A stretch of 64,000 nt of DNA. Source: Gammaproteobacteria bacterium (lineage in GTDB: Bacteria > Pseudomonadota > Gammaproteobacteria > SZUA-152). Below are positions 21,605 through 31,400 of this stretch, in pieces (positions within the stretch are counted from its first letter, which is position 1; each line of letters opens with the position of its first letter). Location of the stretch: assembly GCA_024276955.1 (NCBI GenBank), contig JAJRWE010000033.1, positions 54 through 64,053 on the forward strand, written 5' to 3'. Position numbers and translations under genes: made by a program. The notes beneath the pieces are model-generated. The model saw nothing but the letters and a program-made list of their open reading frames with translations, was not told the DNA's origin and searched no databases.

Positions 21605-22630
21605 ATGAAAATCCTCGGCATCGAGACCTCCTGCGATGAAACCGGCATCGCCATTTACGACACCGAACAGGGCCTGCTGGCCGATGCCCTGCACAGCCAG
21701 GTCGCTCTGCACGCCGACTACGGCGGCGTGGTGCCGGAGCTGGCCTCGCGCGACCACGTGCGCAAGACCCTGCCGCTGATCCGCCAGGTGCTGGGCGACG
21801 CCGGCTGCACGGCAAGCGACATCGACGGCGTCGCCTTCACCGCCGGGCCCGGACTGGTCGGCGCCCTGCTGGTGGGCTGCGCCATCGGCCGCAGCCTGGC
21901 CTGGGCCTGGGGCGTGCCGGCGGTAGAGGTGCATCACATGGAAGGCCACCTGCTGGCGCCGCTGCTGGAAGACGACGCCCCGGCCTTTCCCTTCGTCGCC
22001 CTGCTGGTGTCCGGCGGCCATACCCTGCTGGTGGCGGTGCAGGCCGTGGGCGAATACGAGATCCTCGGCGATACGCTGGATGACGCCGCCGGTGAGGCCT
22101 TCGACAAGACCGCCAAGCTGCTGGGCCTCGACTACCCCGGCGGCCCGGCACTGGCCCGGCTGGCCGAATCCGGCGACCCGGCACGCTTTCGCTTTCCCCG
22201 CCCCATGACCAACCGCCCCGGACTGGACTTCAGCTTCAGCGGCCTGAAGACCTTCGCCGTCAACACCGTGAGCGAAAACACGGACACCCCGCAGACTCGC
22301 GCCGACATCGCCCGCGCCTTTCAGGACGCACTGGTGGATACGTTGCTCATTAAATGCCGCCGTGCACTGAAACTGACCGGTATGCAACGGCTGGTGATCT
22401 CCGGCGGCGTCAGCGCCAACCAGCAGCTGCGCACCAGCCTGCAGGCCAATGCCGAGAAAGAAGGCTTCCGCGTGTTTTATCCGCGCCCGGCCTTCTGCAC
22501 CGACAACGGCGCCATGATCGCCTTCGCTGGCGCCCTGCGCCTGAGCGCCGGCGAACGGATGGGCCTTGCTTTCAATGGTCGGCCGCGCTGGCCCATCGAT
22601 ACCCTGAGTACGCCCGGCCAGCCGGGCTGA
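21605..22630 (+). CDS. tsaD: tRNA N6-adenosine threonylcarbamoyltransferase TsaD
   Basis: [19 protein letters not shown]...; Kae1/YgjD family motifs; divergent from rpsU as in other gammaproteobacteria. Confidence 0.95.
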   Translation: MKILGIETSCDETGIAIYDTEQGLLADALHSQVALHADYGGVVPELASRDHVRKTLPLIRQVLGDAGCTASDIDGVAFTAGPGLVGALLVGCAIGRSLAWAWGVPAVEVHHMEGHLLAPLLEDDAPAFPFVALLVSGGHTLLVAVQAVGEYEILGDTLDDAAGEAFDKTAKLLGLDYPGGPALARLAESGDPARFRFPRPMTNRPGLDFSFSGLKTFAVNTVSENTDTPQTRADIARAFQDALVDTLLIKCRRALKLTGMQRLVISGGVSANQQLRTSLQANAEKEGFRVFYPRPAFCTDNGAMIAFAGALRLSAGERMGLAFNGRPRWPIDTLSTPGQPG

Positions 22631-22639
22631 GCAATTTCG

Positions 22640-22789
22640 GTAGGAGCGGGCCATGCCCGCGATGAATAATGGATGGAAAACCATAAATCCCTGTGGGAGC
22701 GGCTTCAGCCGCGAAGAAATAACAATCTTTATTCGCAGCTGAAGCCGCTCCCACAATCTCTACAAATTTTCGCGGGCATGGCCCGTTCC
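22640..22789. repeat. REP-like nested palindromic element
   Basis: Outer arms gtaggagcgggccatgcccgcgatg / cgcgggcatggcccg. Inner arms tgtgggagcggcttcagccgcgaag / cgcagctgaagccgctcccaca. The same family recurs at 60181-60342 and 60903-60973. Confidence 0.8.
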
Positions 22790-22856
22790 AAAATTAAAGC
22801 ACGCACAAAAAAAGGCGACCATTGGCCGCCTTTTTTCGTTACTGGCTAAAACAGAC

Positions 22857-23318
22857 TTACTTGGAAGCCATCCCCTTCAGCTTGGTTAGCGGCAGAACCT
22901 TGACCTTGGTGCTGGCGGGCTTGGCGGCCACATTCATCAGCTCACCGGGCTTAAACGGATTCGGCACATTCTTGCGCGCCTTGCGAGCCGGCTTCTTTAT
23001 CGTCTTCACCTTCAGCAGGCCTGGCAGGGTGAATTCACCACAGGAACGCGGCTTGATGTGACGTTCGATCAACACTGCCAGCTCATCCAGTACGGCAATG
23101 ACCTGCTTTTTGCTGAGCTCCGTGTTCTCGGCCAGCTCATTAAGAACCTGCGTCTTGGTGTAACGTTCCTTGATCGCCGTCAGCTTGCGTTCCGGAGCAA
23201 CTGCCTTCTTCGCAGCGGCCTTCTTTTTCGCAACAACCTTTTTCTTTGCAACGGCCTTTTTCGCCGGTGCCTTCTTCTTCGCGGCGGACTTCTTGACCAC
23301 CTTTTTCTTTATTGCCAT
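22857..23318 (-). CDS. HU-family DNA-binding protein with lysine/alanine-rich histone-H1-like N-terminal tail
   Basis: Probable start MAIKKKVVKK... with AGGGAGA ribosome-binding site 8 nt upstream (the longer ORF to 23441 lacks support). N-terminal KKAAAKK repeats; C-terminal HU fold (TQVLNELAENTELSKKQVIAVLDELAVLIERHIKPRSCGEFTLPGLLKVKTIKKPAR...). Confidence 0.75.
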   Translation of the reverse strand: MAIKKKVVKKSAAKKKAPAKKAVAKKKVVAKKKAAAKKAVAPERKLTAIKERYTKTQVLNELAENTELSKKQVIAVLDELAVLIERHIKPRSCGEFTLPGLLKVKTIKKPARKARKNVPNPFKPGELMNVAAKPASTKVKVLPLTKLKGMASK

Positions 23319-23520
23319 GAGCGGGAATCTCCCTGAGGGATAGTAAAATGGAATGGGGCTGCCATCACCGAACAAACAGAATTCAGCAATTTCGCGGGTT
23401 TTATAGTCTTTTTTTCGGCCGCGCGCAATGTCGGCGCGCAAAATACTCGTGCCAAAGGCTATACATCACGTTACTATGACCGGCATATAGAGCAGCCTGC
23501 AAGGCCTATCATCCCCCGCT

Positions 23521-24066
23521 ATGCGCAAGACACCCGAAGTCCTCGACACCAAAATCATCGCCCGCACACGGTTCTTTCGTGTCGAACAGCGCGACCTGCG
23601 CTTCGCCAACGGCACCGAAGTCAGCTACGAGCGACTGGTCGGTTCATCGGGCGGCGCGGTGCTGATCGTGCCGATGCTGAATGATGACACCGTGTTGATG
23701 ATCCGCGAATACGCCGCCGGCGTGCATCGTTATGAACTGGCCCTGCCGAAGGGCAAGATCGAAAAGGATGAGGCCATCCTCGATGCGGCAAACCGGGAAA
23801 TCATGGAAGAAGTCGGCTATGGCGCCCATAAGCTGAAACACATGACCAGCCTGACCATTGCCCCCGGCTACCAGAGCCATTGCACCCATGTGGTACTGGC
23901 ACAGGACCTCTTTGAGCAGCGCCGAGAGGGTGATGAACCGGAAGAAATCGAAGTCGTACCCTGGCCGCTAGATCGTCTGAATGAACTGCTGACACAGGAA
24001 GAATGCACCGAGGCACGCAGCATCGCGGCACTCTTCATGGTTCGCGAACACCTGGCGCGGCAATAA
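23521..24066 (+). CDS. nudE: ADP compounds hydrolase NudE (NUDIX)
   Basis: 181 aa; strong similarity to the E. coli NudE pattern (IREYAAGVHRYELALPKGKIEKDEAILDAANREIMEEVGYGA...ARSIAALFMVREHL). Confidence 0.85.
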   Translation: MRKTPEVLDTKIIARTRFFRVEQRDLRFANGTEVSYERLVGSSGGAVLIVPMLNDDTVLMIREYAAGVHRYELALPKGKIEKDEAILDAANREIMEEVGYGAHKLKHMTSLTIAPGYQSHCTHVVLAQDLFEQRREGDEPEEIEVVPWPLDRLNELLTQEECTEARSIAALFMVREHLARQ

Positions 24067-24093
24067 CATCCCTAGCAACCCAAGGAAGCAAAT

Positions 24094-25149
24094 GTGGCAA
24101 ACCCCAGCGAACTCCTGAATGATGTCATCGACCTCGCCACCGACGCCGGTGAACGCATTCTGGAAATCTATCAAACGGACTTCGACGTCACCCAAAAAGA
24201 AGACGACTCACCACTCACCGCCGCCGACATGGCCGCACACAATGCCATCATCGCCGGCCTTTCCATCCTCACCCCGGAACTGCCGATTCTGTCTGAAGAG
24301 TCCGCCAAGATTCCCTTCGAGGAGCGAAAAAAATGGCACACCTACTGGCTCGTTGACCCCCTCGACGGCACCCGTGAATTTATCAAACGCAACGGTGAAT
24401 TCACCGTCAACATCGCCCTCATCGACGATCACGAATCCATCCTCGGCGTGATCTATACGCCGGTTAGCGGGTTGACTTACTACGCCGCTCGCGGCCAGGG
24501 CGCCTTCAGGCGCATCAAGGACGGCGAGGCCTCGCGCATCCATACCCGCAAGAAGGAAGCGGGCCGCACCACCGTCGCCGGCAGCCGCTCACATCGCGGC
24601 GATTCCCTCAATGCCTTCCTCGCCCATATTGGTAACTACGACATCATCAGCATGGGCAGCTCGCTGAAATCCGGGCTGGTGGCGGAAGGCAAGGCCGACA
24701 TTTACCCCCGCCTCGGCCCGACCTCGGAATGGGATACCGCCGCCGCCCACTGCATCGTCGACGAGGCCGGTGGACGCATCACCCGAACCGACCTGTCACC
24801 GCTGCGATACAACACCAAGGAATCTCTGCTCAACCCGGAATTCCTCGTTGTCGGCGACCCGGACTATGACTGGGTGCGCTTTCTGTTAAAAGAGTGCAAA
24901 GGAACCTTTTATTCCAGAGCCGATCAAATTAAAATCTCGTCTCGCGCCAAGGGCCTCCCAAGCGTAAAACCACAAAGGAAACAACGTGAAAACCACCAAT
25001 ATCGTACTCAAAACCACCCTCGGCACATTATTGTTATGCGGCATCTTGACGGCCGGCAACGCCCTCGCCGCCGACCCCAGCCTGAAGACCGAACAGGAAA
25101 AATTCAGTTATGCCATCGGCTTCCAGGTCGGTCAGAGCTTCAAGCGTGA
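24094..25149 (+). CDS. cysQ: 3'(2'),5'-bisphosphate nucleotidase CysQ (C-terminal boundary uncertain)
   Basis: Inositol-monophosphatase fold motifs (WLVDPLDGTREF, IYPRLGPTSEWDTAAAHCIV). The ORF continues ~85 codons beyond the expected CysQ end and overlaps the fkpA-like start by ~160 nt. Confidence 0.8.
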   Translation: MANPSELLNDVIDLATDAGERILEIYQTDFDVTQKEDDSPLTAADMAAHNAIIAGLSILTPELPILSEESAKIPFEERKKWHTYWLVDPLDGTREFIKRNGEFTVNIALIDDHESILGVIYTPVSGLTYYAARGQGAFRRIKDGEASRIHTRKKEAGRTTVAGSRSHRGDSLNAFLAHIGNYDIISMGSSLKSGLVAEGKADIYPRLGPTSEWDTAAAHCIVDEAGGRITRTDLSPLRYNTKESLLNPEFLVVGDPDYDWVRFLLKECKGTFYSRADQIKISSRAKGLPSVKPQRKQRENHQYRTQNHPRHIIVMRHLDGRQRPRRRPQPEDRTGKIQLCHRLPGRSELQA

Positions 25150-25699
25150 AGGACTGGATATCGACAGCAAGGCCCTGGCACAGGCCATCGACGATGTCTT
25201 GAAAGACAATAAACTGAAGCTGAGCATGGATGAAATGCGCGACATTGTAGAGTCCTTCCAGGCCAAACAGGCCGCCGAACGCACCGCCCGTGCCGACAAG
25301 GCCCTCGAAGAAGGCAAGACCTTCCTGGCTGCCAACAAGGAAAAGCCCGGCGTAAAGGAACTGCCCAGCGGCGTACAGTACAAGGTCATCACCTCCGGCT
25401 CCGGCAAACAGCCCAAACTCACCGACAGCATTTCCGCCCACTACCGCGGCACCCTGCTCAACGGCGAGGAATTCGACAGTTCCTACAAGCGCGGCCAGCC
25501 CGCCACCTTCGGCGTTAACCAGGTCATCAAGGGCTGGCAGGAAATCCTTCCCATGATGCACGAAGGCGACAAATGGGAAATCTATATTCCCGCAGAAATG
25601 GCCTATGGTGCACAGGGCGCGGGCGGCAATATCGGCCCCAATGAAGCCCTGATCTTCGAAATCGAACTGATCAAAGTCAACGAGCCTGATTCCCAATAA
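24986..25699 (+). CDS. FKBP-type peptidyl-prolyl cis-trans isomerase (FkpA-like), periplasmic
   Basis: GTG start; signal peptide LLLCGILTAGNALAADP; FkpA N-terminal dimerisation helix and C-terminal FKBP domain (YRGTLLNGEEFDSSYKRGQPATFGVNQVIKGWQEIL...LIFEIELIKV). Confidence 0.8.
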   Translation: MKTTNIVLKTTLGTLLLCGILTAGNALAADPSLKTEQEKFSYAIGFQVGQSFKREGLDIDSKALAQAIDDVLKDNKLKLSMDEMRDIVESFQAKQAAERTARADKALEEGKTFLAANKEKPGVKELPSGVQYKVITSGSGKQPKLTDSISAHYRGTLLNGEEFDSSYKRGQPATFGVNQVIKGWQEILPMMHEGDKWEIYIPAEMAYGAQGAGGNIGPNEALIFEIELIKVNEPDSQ

Positions 25700-25865
25700 G
25701 GAACGTGCACGTAATAATTTCCTGATATGGCGCTCATATTTAGTCTGTATTTGTTTGTTCTGATTGAACAAAGGCGCAGGAATAGTTGTTCTATTTTGAG
25801 CTTTTGTGATTGAAGAACGGACGAAGACGGGCTGAAGATGGGATGCAAGATCGGGAAATTATTGC

Positions 25866-26462
25866 GTGCACGTTCCTGAGCCGCACATGGGCGCCAACAC
25901 CTTTACGCTGAAACTACAGCAGGTGTTGCGCGCCCACCCCGCTGGAATCAGCGAATTCAATCTCATAAAATGGCTTGAAGCTGACGGCCAGGCCGGCTTC
26001 GACAAGGACTGCCTGCGCACCAGCCTGTCGCTGTTTCAGACCCATTTCCTGCTGTTCCACAGCCTCTATCTGCTGCGCGACGAGTTGCGTGCCCGTGGCG
26101 AGGCCCGCCTGGATATCAGCGCACTCTGCATCCAGCTCGTCCCGCTCACACACACCTCGCCATCCGCCATCGACCGGCACGACCCACTGCGGGTCTATTA
26201 CCTGGATCTGAGCCATCTGGAAAACACCTGTGATAACGAGGTCGACGCCTTACTGAACACTTTCTGGGCGCGCTTCATCGGCAACGACGAACGCCGACAG
26301 GCACTCGGCGTGCTCGAACTGCAGGATCCGGTGGACTGGCCCACCATCAAGACCCGACACCGCAGACTGGCCATGCAGCACCACCCGGATCGCGGCGGCG
26401 ACGAGGCGCGACTGCAGGCCATCAATGCCGCCATGGATCGCTTGGCGCGTAGCTATAAATAG
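25866..26462 (+). CDS. DnaJ-related (J-domain C-terminal) protein
   Basis: 198 aa; C-terminal J domain with HPDRGGD (HPD motif). The true start is possibly at MGANTFTLK. Confidence 0.6.
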   Translation: MHVPEPHMGANTFTLKLQQVLRAHPAGISEFNLIKWLEADGQAGFDKDCLRTSLSLFQTHFLLFHSLYLLRDELRARGEARLDISALCIQLVPLTHTSPSAIDRHDPLRVYYLDLSHLENTCDNEVDALLNTFWARFIGNDERRQALGVLELQDPVDWPTIKTRHRRLAMQHHPDRGGDEARLQAINAAMDRLARSYK

Positions 26463-26587
26463 CTATGCACGGAAAAAAAACAGACTTGCCACAGAGGCGC
26501 GGAGAACACAGAGAAACTATTGCTCGTTACAGCGCTCCACGGTGTAACGAAAAGCTGAAAAATTCACCGCCTACGTGACGCGGCGCT

Positions 26588-26629
26588 GAGCGCCGCACGA
26601 TGTGCGGCACCGCAGAGCAGTGCCACAAG
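26588..26629. promoter_or_regulatory. Conserved ~42 bp intergenic motif, copy 1 (shared with 45787-45838)
   Basis: gagcgccgcacgatgtgcggcaccgcagagcagtgccacaag vs aagcgccacaagatgcgtggcaccgcagagcggtgtcacgag; ~80% identity; each contains a hairpin-forming core around caccgcagagc; both lie 110-170 bp upstream of a plus-strand gene. Confidence 0.5.
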
Positions 26630-26750
26630 AATAAGTTATCAGGGGCTTTCTCTGTGTCCTCCGTGCCTCTGTGGCCAATACACGCCCCACCCCAAACGGA
26701 GTATCATTGTCGGCTATTCCGATGGCACCACGAGAACCACGAGACTGACA

Positions 26751-27791
26751 ATGGAATTTCGCAAACTGGGACAGACCGACACCGAGGTCAGCGCCATCTG
26801 CCTGGGAACGATGACCTTCGGCAAGCAGAATACCGAGGCCGAGGCCCACGCGCAGCTCGACGCCGCAGTGGCCGCGGGGGTAAATTTTATCGACACCGCC
26901 GAAATGTACCCGGTGCCGCCGGAGGCGGAGACCTTCACCCTCACCGAGCAGTACATCGGCAACTGGCTGCGCAAGCGCGGCGCTCGTGAGCAACTGATCA
27001 TCGCCACCAAGGTAGCCGGCCGCGGGGACTGGCTGCCGTGGATTCGCAATGACCGCAACTGCCTTGACCGCCCGAATATCGAGGCCGCCATCGACGGCAG
27101 TCTGCAGCGCCTGCAGACCGACTACATCGACCTCTACCAGCTGCACTGGCCGGATCGCAGCACCAACTTCTTCGGCGAGCTGGGCTACCGCCACCCGCCC
27201 GGCCAACACAGCGTGCCCATCGAGGAGACCCTGCGCGTGCTGGCCGAACTGGTCGAGGCCGGCAAGGTGCGTCACATCGGCCTCTCCAACGAGACCCCAT
27301 GGGGGACGATGAAATTTCTGCAGCTGGCAGAACAGTGCGGCCTGCCACGCGCAGTGAGCATCCAAAACCCCTTCAGTTTGCTCAACCGCACCTTCGAGGT
27401 CGGCCTTGCCGAGATCGCCCACCGCGAACAGTGCGGCCTGTTGGCCTATTCACCGCTGGGCTTTGGCGTGCTGTCGGGAAAATATCTCAACGGCGCCCGC
27501 CCCGAAGATGCACGCATCAGTCTGTTCGAGCGCTTTTCCCGCTACACCAATCCGCGTACCGAACGCGCCACCGCGGCCTACGTCGAACTGGCCCGTATCC
27601 ACGGGCTGAATCCAGCGCAAATGGCCCTGGCCTTCGTCACCAGCCGCCCCTTTGTCACCAGCACCCTCATCGGCGCCACCAACCTGGAGCAGTTGCAGGA
27701 CAACCTGGATAGCGCGAACATTCGGCTCGATGACGACATCCTGGAGGCCATCGAGGCCATCCATGCCGACAATCCCAACCCGGCGCCCTGA
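26751..27791 (+). CDS. NADP(H)-dependent aldo/keto reductase (Tas/YajO-like)
   Basis: 346 aa; MEFRKLGQTDTEVSAICLGTMTFG...FIDTAEMYPVPP...DLYQLHWPDR AKR signatures. Confidence 0.9.
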   Translation: MEFRKLGQTDTEVSAICLGTMTFGKQNTEAEAHAQLDAAVAAGVNFIDTAEMYPVPPEAETFTLTEQYIGNWLRKRGAREQLIIATKVAGRGDWLPWIRNDRNCLDRPNIEAAIDGSLQRLQTDYIDLYQLHWPDRSTNFFGELGYRHPPGQHSVPIEETLRVLAELVEAGKVRHIGLSNETPWGTMKFLQLAEQCGLPRAVSIQNPFSLLNRTFEVGLAEIAHREQCGLLAYSPLGFGVLSGKYLNGARPEDARISLFERFSRYTNPRTERATAAYVELARIHGLNPAQMALAFVTSRPFVTSTLIGATNLEQLQDNLDSANIRLDDDILEAIEAIHADNPNPAP

Positions 27792-27835
27792 CAGCGGCCG
27801 TTAATAACAATAAGAACACACGCAGGAGAAACATT

Positions 27836-28444
27836 GTGAACCACACACGCCTGATGGCTGTTATAAGCCTTGCTGTCACACTACTGCTAAGCAGTGGCTG
27901 CGCCACGGTCTACACCCAACACCCAGCGCTCGCCAACAAGGCCGGTCCGGATGTCGTCAGTGTGTATTTTATCCGCACCGTGCCCGTATACACCCACGCC
28001 CTTGCCGATGCCCCGGTGATCATCGAATTTCAGGGCAAGAAACTGCTCAAACTCGGCGAAGGTGCCTACACGCTCCTCTACCTGAAACCTTCCAAGGGCG
28101 AGCTGAAGATCTACAACAATACGCTGTTTACCAACCTGCCGAGCAGCCAGCGCGTGTGGAAAGAGCGGCGCTATCGCTTTGTCGGTGGACGCACCTATTT
28201 CATTCATGTCAAGCAGGTTGATGAAGAGTTCCGTGGCATCTTCTACGAACCGGATCTGGTGTCCCTGCAAGAGGCTAAACGACTGGTCAAGCACCTCAAG
28301 CGCATGGGCGCCGCGGCCGCCACCCACCCCATCGACAAGCTCAGCCATGTTACCGCCCCCCCGGAGAGCGCCGCCAAGGATGAAGAACCCACGCTACCGG
28401 AAGATCTCTATAAATCCGCACCCTACATGCTGGACGAAAAATAG
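27836..28444 (+). CDS. Hypothetical lipoprotein
   Basis: 202 aa; lipobox LLLSSGC; no recognisable catalytic motif; immediately upstream of the LVIVD-repeat protein. Confidence 0.5.
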   Translation: MNHTRLMAVISLAVTLLLSSGCATVYTQHPALANKAGPDVVSVYFIRTVPVYTHALADAPVIIEFQGKKLLKLGEGAYTLLYLKPSKGELKIYNNTLFTNLPSSQRVWKERRYRFVGGRTYFIHVKQVDEEFRGIFYEPDLVSLQEAKRLVKHLKRMGAAAATHPIDKLSHVTAPPESAAKDEEPTLPEDLYKSAPYMLDEK

Positions 28445-28447
28445 GCC

Positions 28448-31400
28448 GTGCCGGGAAAAGAAATCGTAACCCCGGATCGCTATCGACCACGCCGACAGCG
28501 CAATCTAAGCAAGATACTGGTGCTCCTCGGTGGACTGTTCGCCTTCGGCTTGACCCTGGCGGCACCGCAGGCTGTCTCAGTCAACCCTGATCAGGTTCAG
28601 CGCCATCAGCCCGCCACGCTCAACATCAAAACAACGGACTGGCACCCGCAGGCACAACTGGCCCTGGTGCCCGGCGGCCCCTTCAGCAGCCATCGCCTGG
28701 CGCTGCCGACCACGCCACGCGCCATCGCCAGCGACGGGCAAGACGCCTACGTTGCCAGCCGTGGCGGCTGGCTGCAGATCATCGAATTCCCGCCTGGGGC
28801 CGAGGCCGAGATCAGTGCACAGCTGAAGATCGGTGACGGTCATATCCACCAGTTGAAGGTCGCCCACGGCCAGTTGCTGGCCGCCGTCGACGGCATGGGT
28901 GTAATGCTGTTCGACGTCTCCCAACCCCGGCAGATCCTGCACCGCTGGACCTATCGCAGCGCCGCCCCGGTACTGGACATGCAGCTGGGCGAGGGCGAGG
29001 CATGGCTGCTGCTGGGCAACCAACAGCTCAAACACCTGCGCTTCGACGAATCCGCGCCCGCCGAAGCGGAAAAGAGCTGGTCCCTGCCCTTCACCGCCCA
29101 CAGTTTTGCCCTGCAGGGCGAAACCGCGCTGGTCGTCGGCGCCAAGGGCATCGCCAGCCTGGATCTGGCTACGCCGTCGGCAAAAATATTCGACCAGCAC
29201 ACCACGCGCGGCACACCACGCCGGGTGCAACTGGCGGCCGGGCTGGCGCTGGTCGACGATGGTCCGGGCGGACTGGTGGTGTTCGATGCCAGTGACCCAC
29301 ATCGACTACACTGGCTGGGCAGCCATGCCAAGCGCGGCCCCATTCACGGCCTGAGCGCCTCTGCCGACCGCGTATGGGTGGGCGTCGGTGAACGCACACT
29401 CCTGAGTATCGCCCTCGGCAACCCGGCGCTGCCCGCCGCCGGCGATGCCCTGCGTCTCGACGCCCCACTGGTCGGGCTGGCGGCACACGGCGACATCGTC
29501 TTCGCCGCCACCACCACTGGCGTGCAGCGTCTCGACTTCGGCACCCCGGCGGTGGCCGACATCTCCCCCGAGGGCGTCAACCTCGGCGGCAGCCGCCGCG
29601 GCGTGATCCGCGATGACATCCTCTACGTCGCCGACTGGTTCTCCGGTCTGCACCTCTACGACATCCGCGAACCGGCCAACCCCCGCCACCTCGGTAACTA
29701 CCATACCCCCGGCTCCAGCAAGGGCGTAACCCTGTACGGCGACTACGCCCTGGTGGGCGACGACGACTACGGCCTGCAGATCATCGACATCAGCGACCCG
29801 CGCCGGCCACGCTGGATATCCGAACTGCGCTGGGTGTCCGACATCTCCACTCTTGGGCTCGCCTATACCATGAAGCGCGTCGGCAGCACCCTGTATCTGG
29901 CCGACCATCGCGGCGGCTTCCAGATCATCGACCTTAGCGACATCGAGCAGCCGCGCATCCTCGGTGCGCTGGACACCCCCGGCAAATCCTGGGCCATCGA
30001 TGTGAGTGGTCACACCGCCTTCGTCGCCGACGATGACGACGGCCTGCTCATCGTCGATGTCAGCGACCCCGCACAGATCGGCCTCGTCGGCCAGTTCAAT
30101 CCCGGCGGCCACGTCGAAGACGTGGTGGTGCGCGACGGCCTCGCCTACCTGGCCCTGTTCGACAATGGCCTGTTCATCGTCGACGTCAACGACCCCACCA
30201 AGCCACGCCCGCTGGCCCACCTGACGATCCCCGGCAACGCGCGCGGCATCACGCTGGTGGGCAGCCTGGCCTACGTCAGCGGCTGGGAATCCGGCCTGCA
30301 GGTGGTCGACATCAGTGACCCGCGTACACCGCGCATCATCGGCCACTTCGACACCGACGGCGCCGCCTGGGGCACCACCGTGCAGGGTGACACCGCCTAC
30401 GTGCTGGACTGGTGGGGAGGCATCAAGGTACTGGACGTCGGCAACCCGGCCCGCCCCACCGCCATCGCCCGCTACCAGGCTCGCGGCACCTTGCAACAGC
30501 TGCGCCGTGCCGGCCACTACCTCTTCGCCGCCAGCGGCGCCGGCGGCCTGCAGGTGTTCGATATCCGCAATCCCCTCAACCCCATCTGGACCACGGGCGC
30601 TGACCTGCCCGGCGAGGCCCTGGACCTATGGCTGGAGGACGGCCACGCCTACGTCGCCAGCGGCGATGCGGGCGTGGCGGTGATCAATACCCACGACCCC
30701 TTCTACACACGCATCGTCGGCCGGCTCGACACCCCCGGCGCAGCGTGGCTGATCCGCGCCCGCAACGACTACCTGTTCATCGCCGACGAAAGCGCCGGCC
30801 TGCTGCTGGCAGACGCCCACGACCCGGCCCATCCGCAGCTATTATCGCGCCAGCCCATGACCATCAACGACCTGTGGGTGGACGATGAAGGCCTCTACAT
30901 CGCTGGCCCCGAGGGTCTGCAACTACTGACCCTGAGCGAGTCCGGCCGGCTGATCCCGGCGGCACGCTTCCGCGCCCCAGGCGTGCAAAAGATCCGCAGC
31001 CAGGATGGCCTGCTGGCCATCAGTCTCAGCGATGACACGGTGCAACTGCTGCATCGGGAGGGCGATAGCTTCACCCCGCTGGGCCGCTTCCAACCCCGCG
31101 AGCCAGTGCTCGACCTGCAACTGGACGGCGAGCAGCTGTTCGTCCTCGGCGCCCACTCCGGCCTCATGACGGTGGATATCAGCCGGCCCAACACCCCACG
31201 CCTGACCACCCTCTATCCCGCCACCAGCCGCCACCGCAACCTGCTGCTGACCGGTAACGCCGCCTTCCTCGGCGGCGAGCGGCACCTGAACTCCGTGACC
31301 CTGCTACCACCCGTTCAAGCCACCACCCCGCCAGGCAAACCGATCCAGCTGCAATTGCCCAGCGGTCTGCCCAGTGGCCGCTACCACCTCCTCAGCATCA

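Noticed and set aside
21482-22756. 424 aa minus-strand ORF overlapping tsaD
   Set aside because: Antisense shadow of the highly conserved tsaD gene; Gly/Ala/Arg-rich, no domain signal.
22640-22789. Possible CRISPR array suggested by repeated GTAGGAGCGG palindromes
   Set aside because: Only inverted pairs (two to four arms) with no regularly spaced direct repeats or spacers. The architecture is REP/BIME-like, not CRISPR. No cas genes in the window.
29306-30517. 403 aa minus-strand ORF inside the LVIVD-repeat gene (and other antisense ORFs at 26571-27422, 32004-32972, 34622-35620, 42040-43485, 46601-47752, 62624-63991)
   Set aside because: All lie opposite well-supported genes, have biased low-complexity composition typical of high-GC shadow frames, and lack start-site and RBS support.
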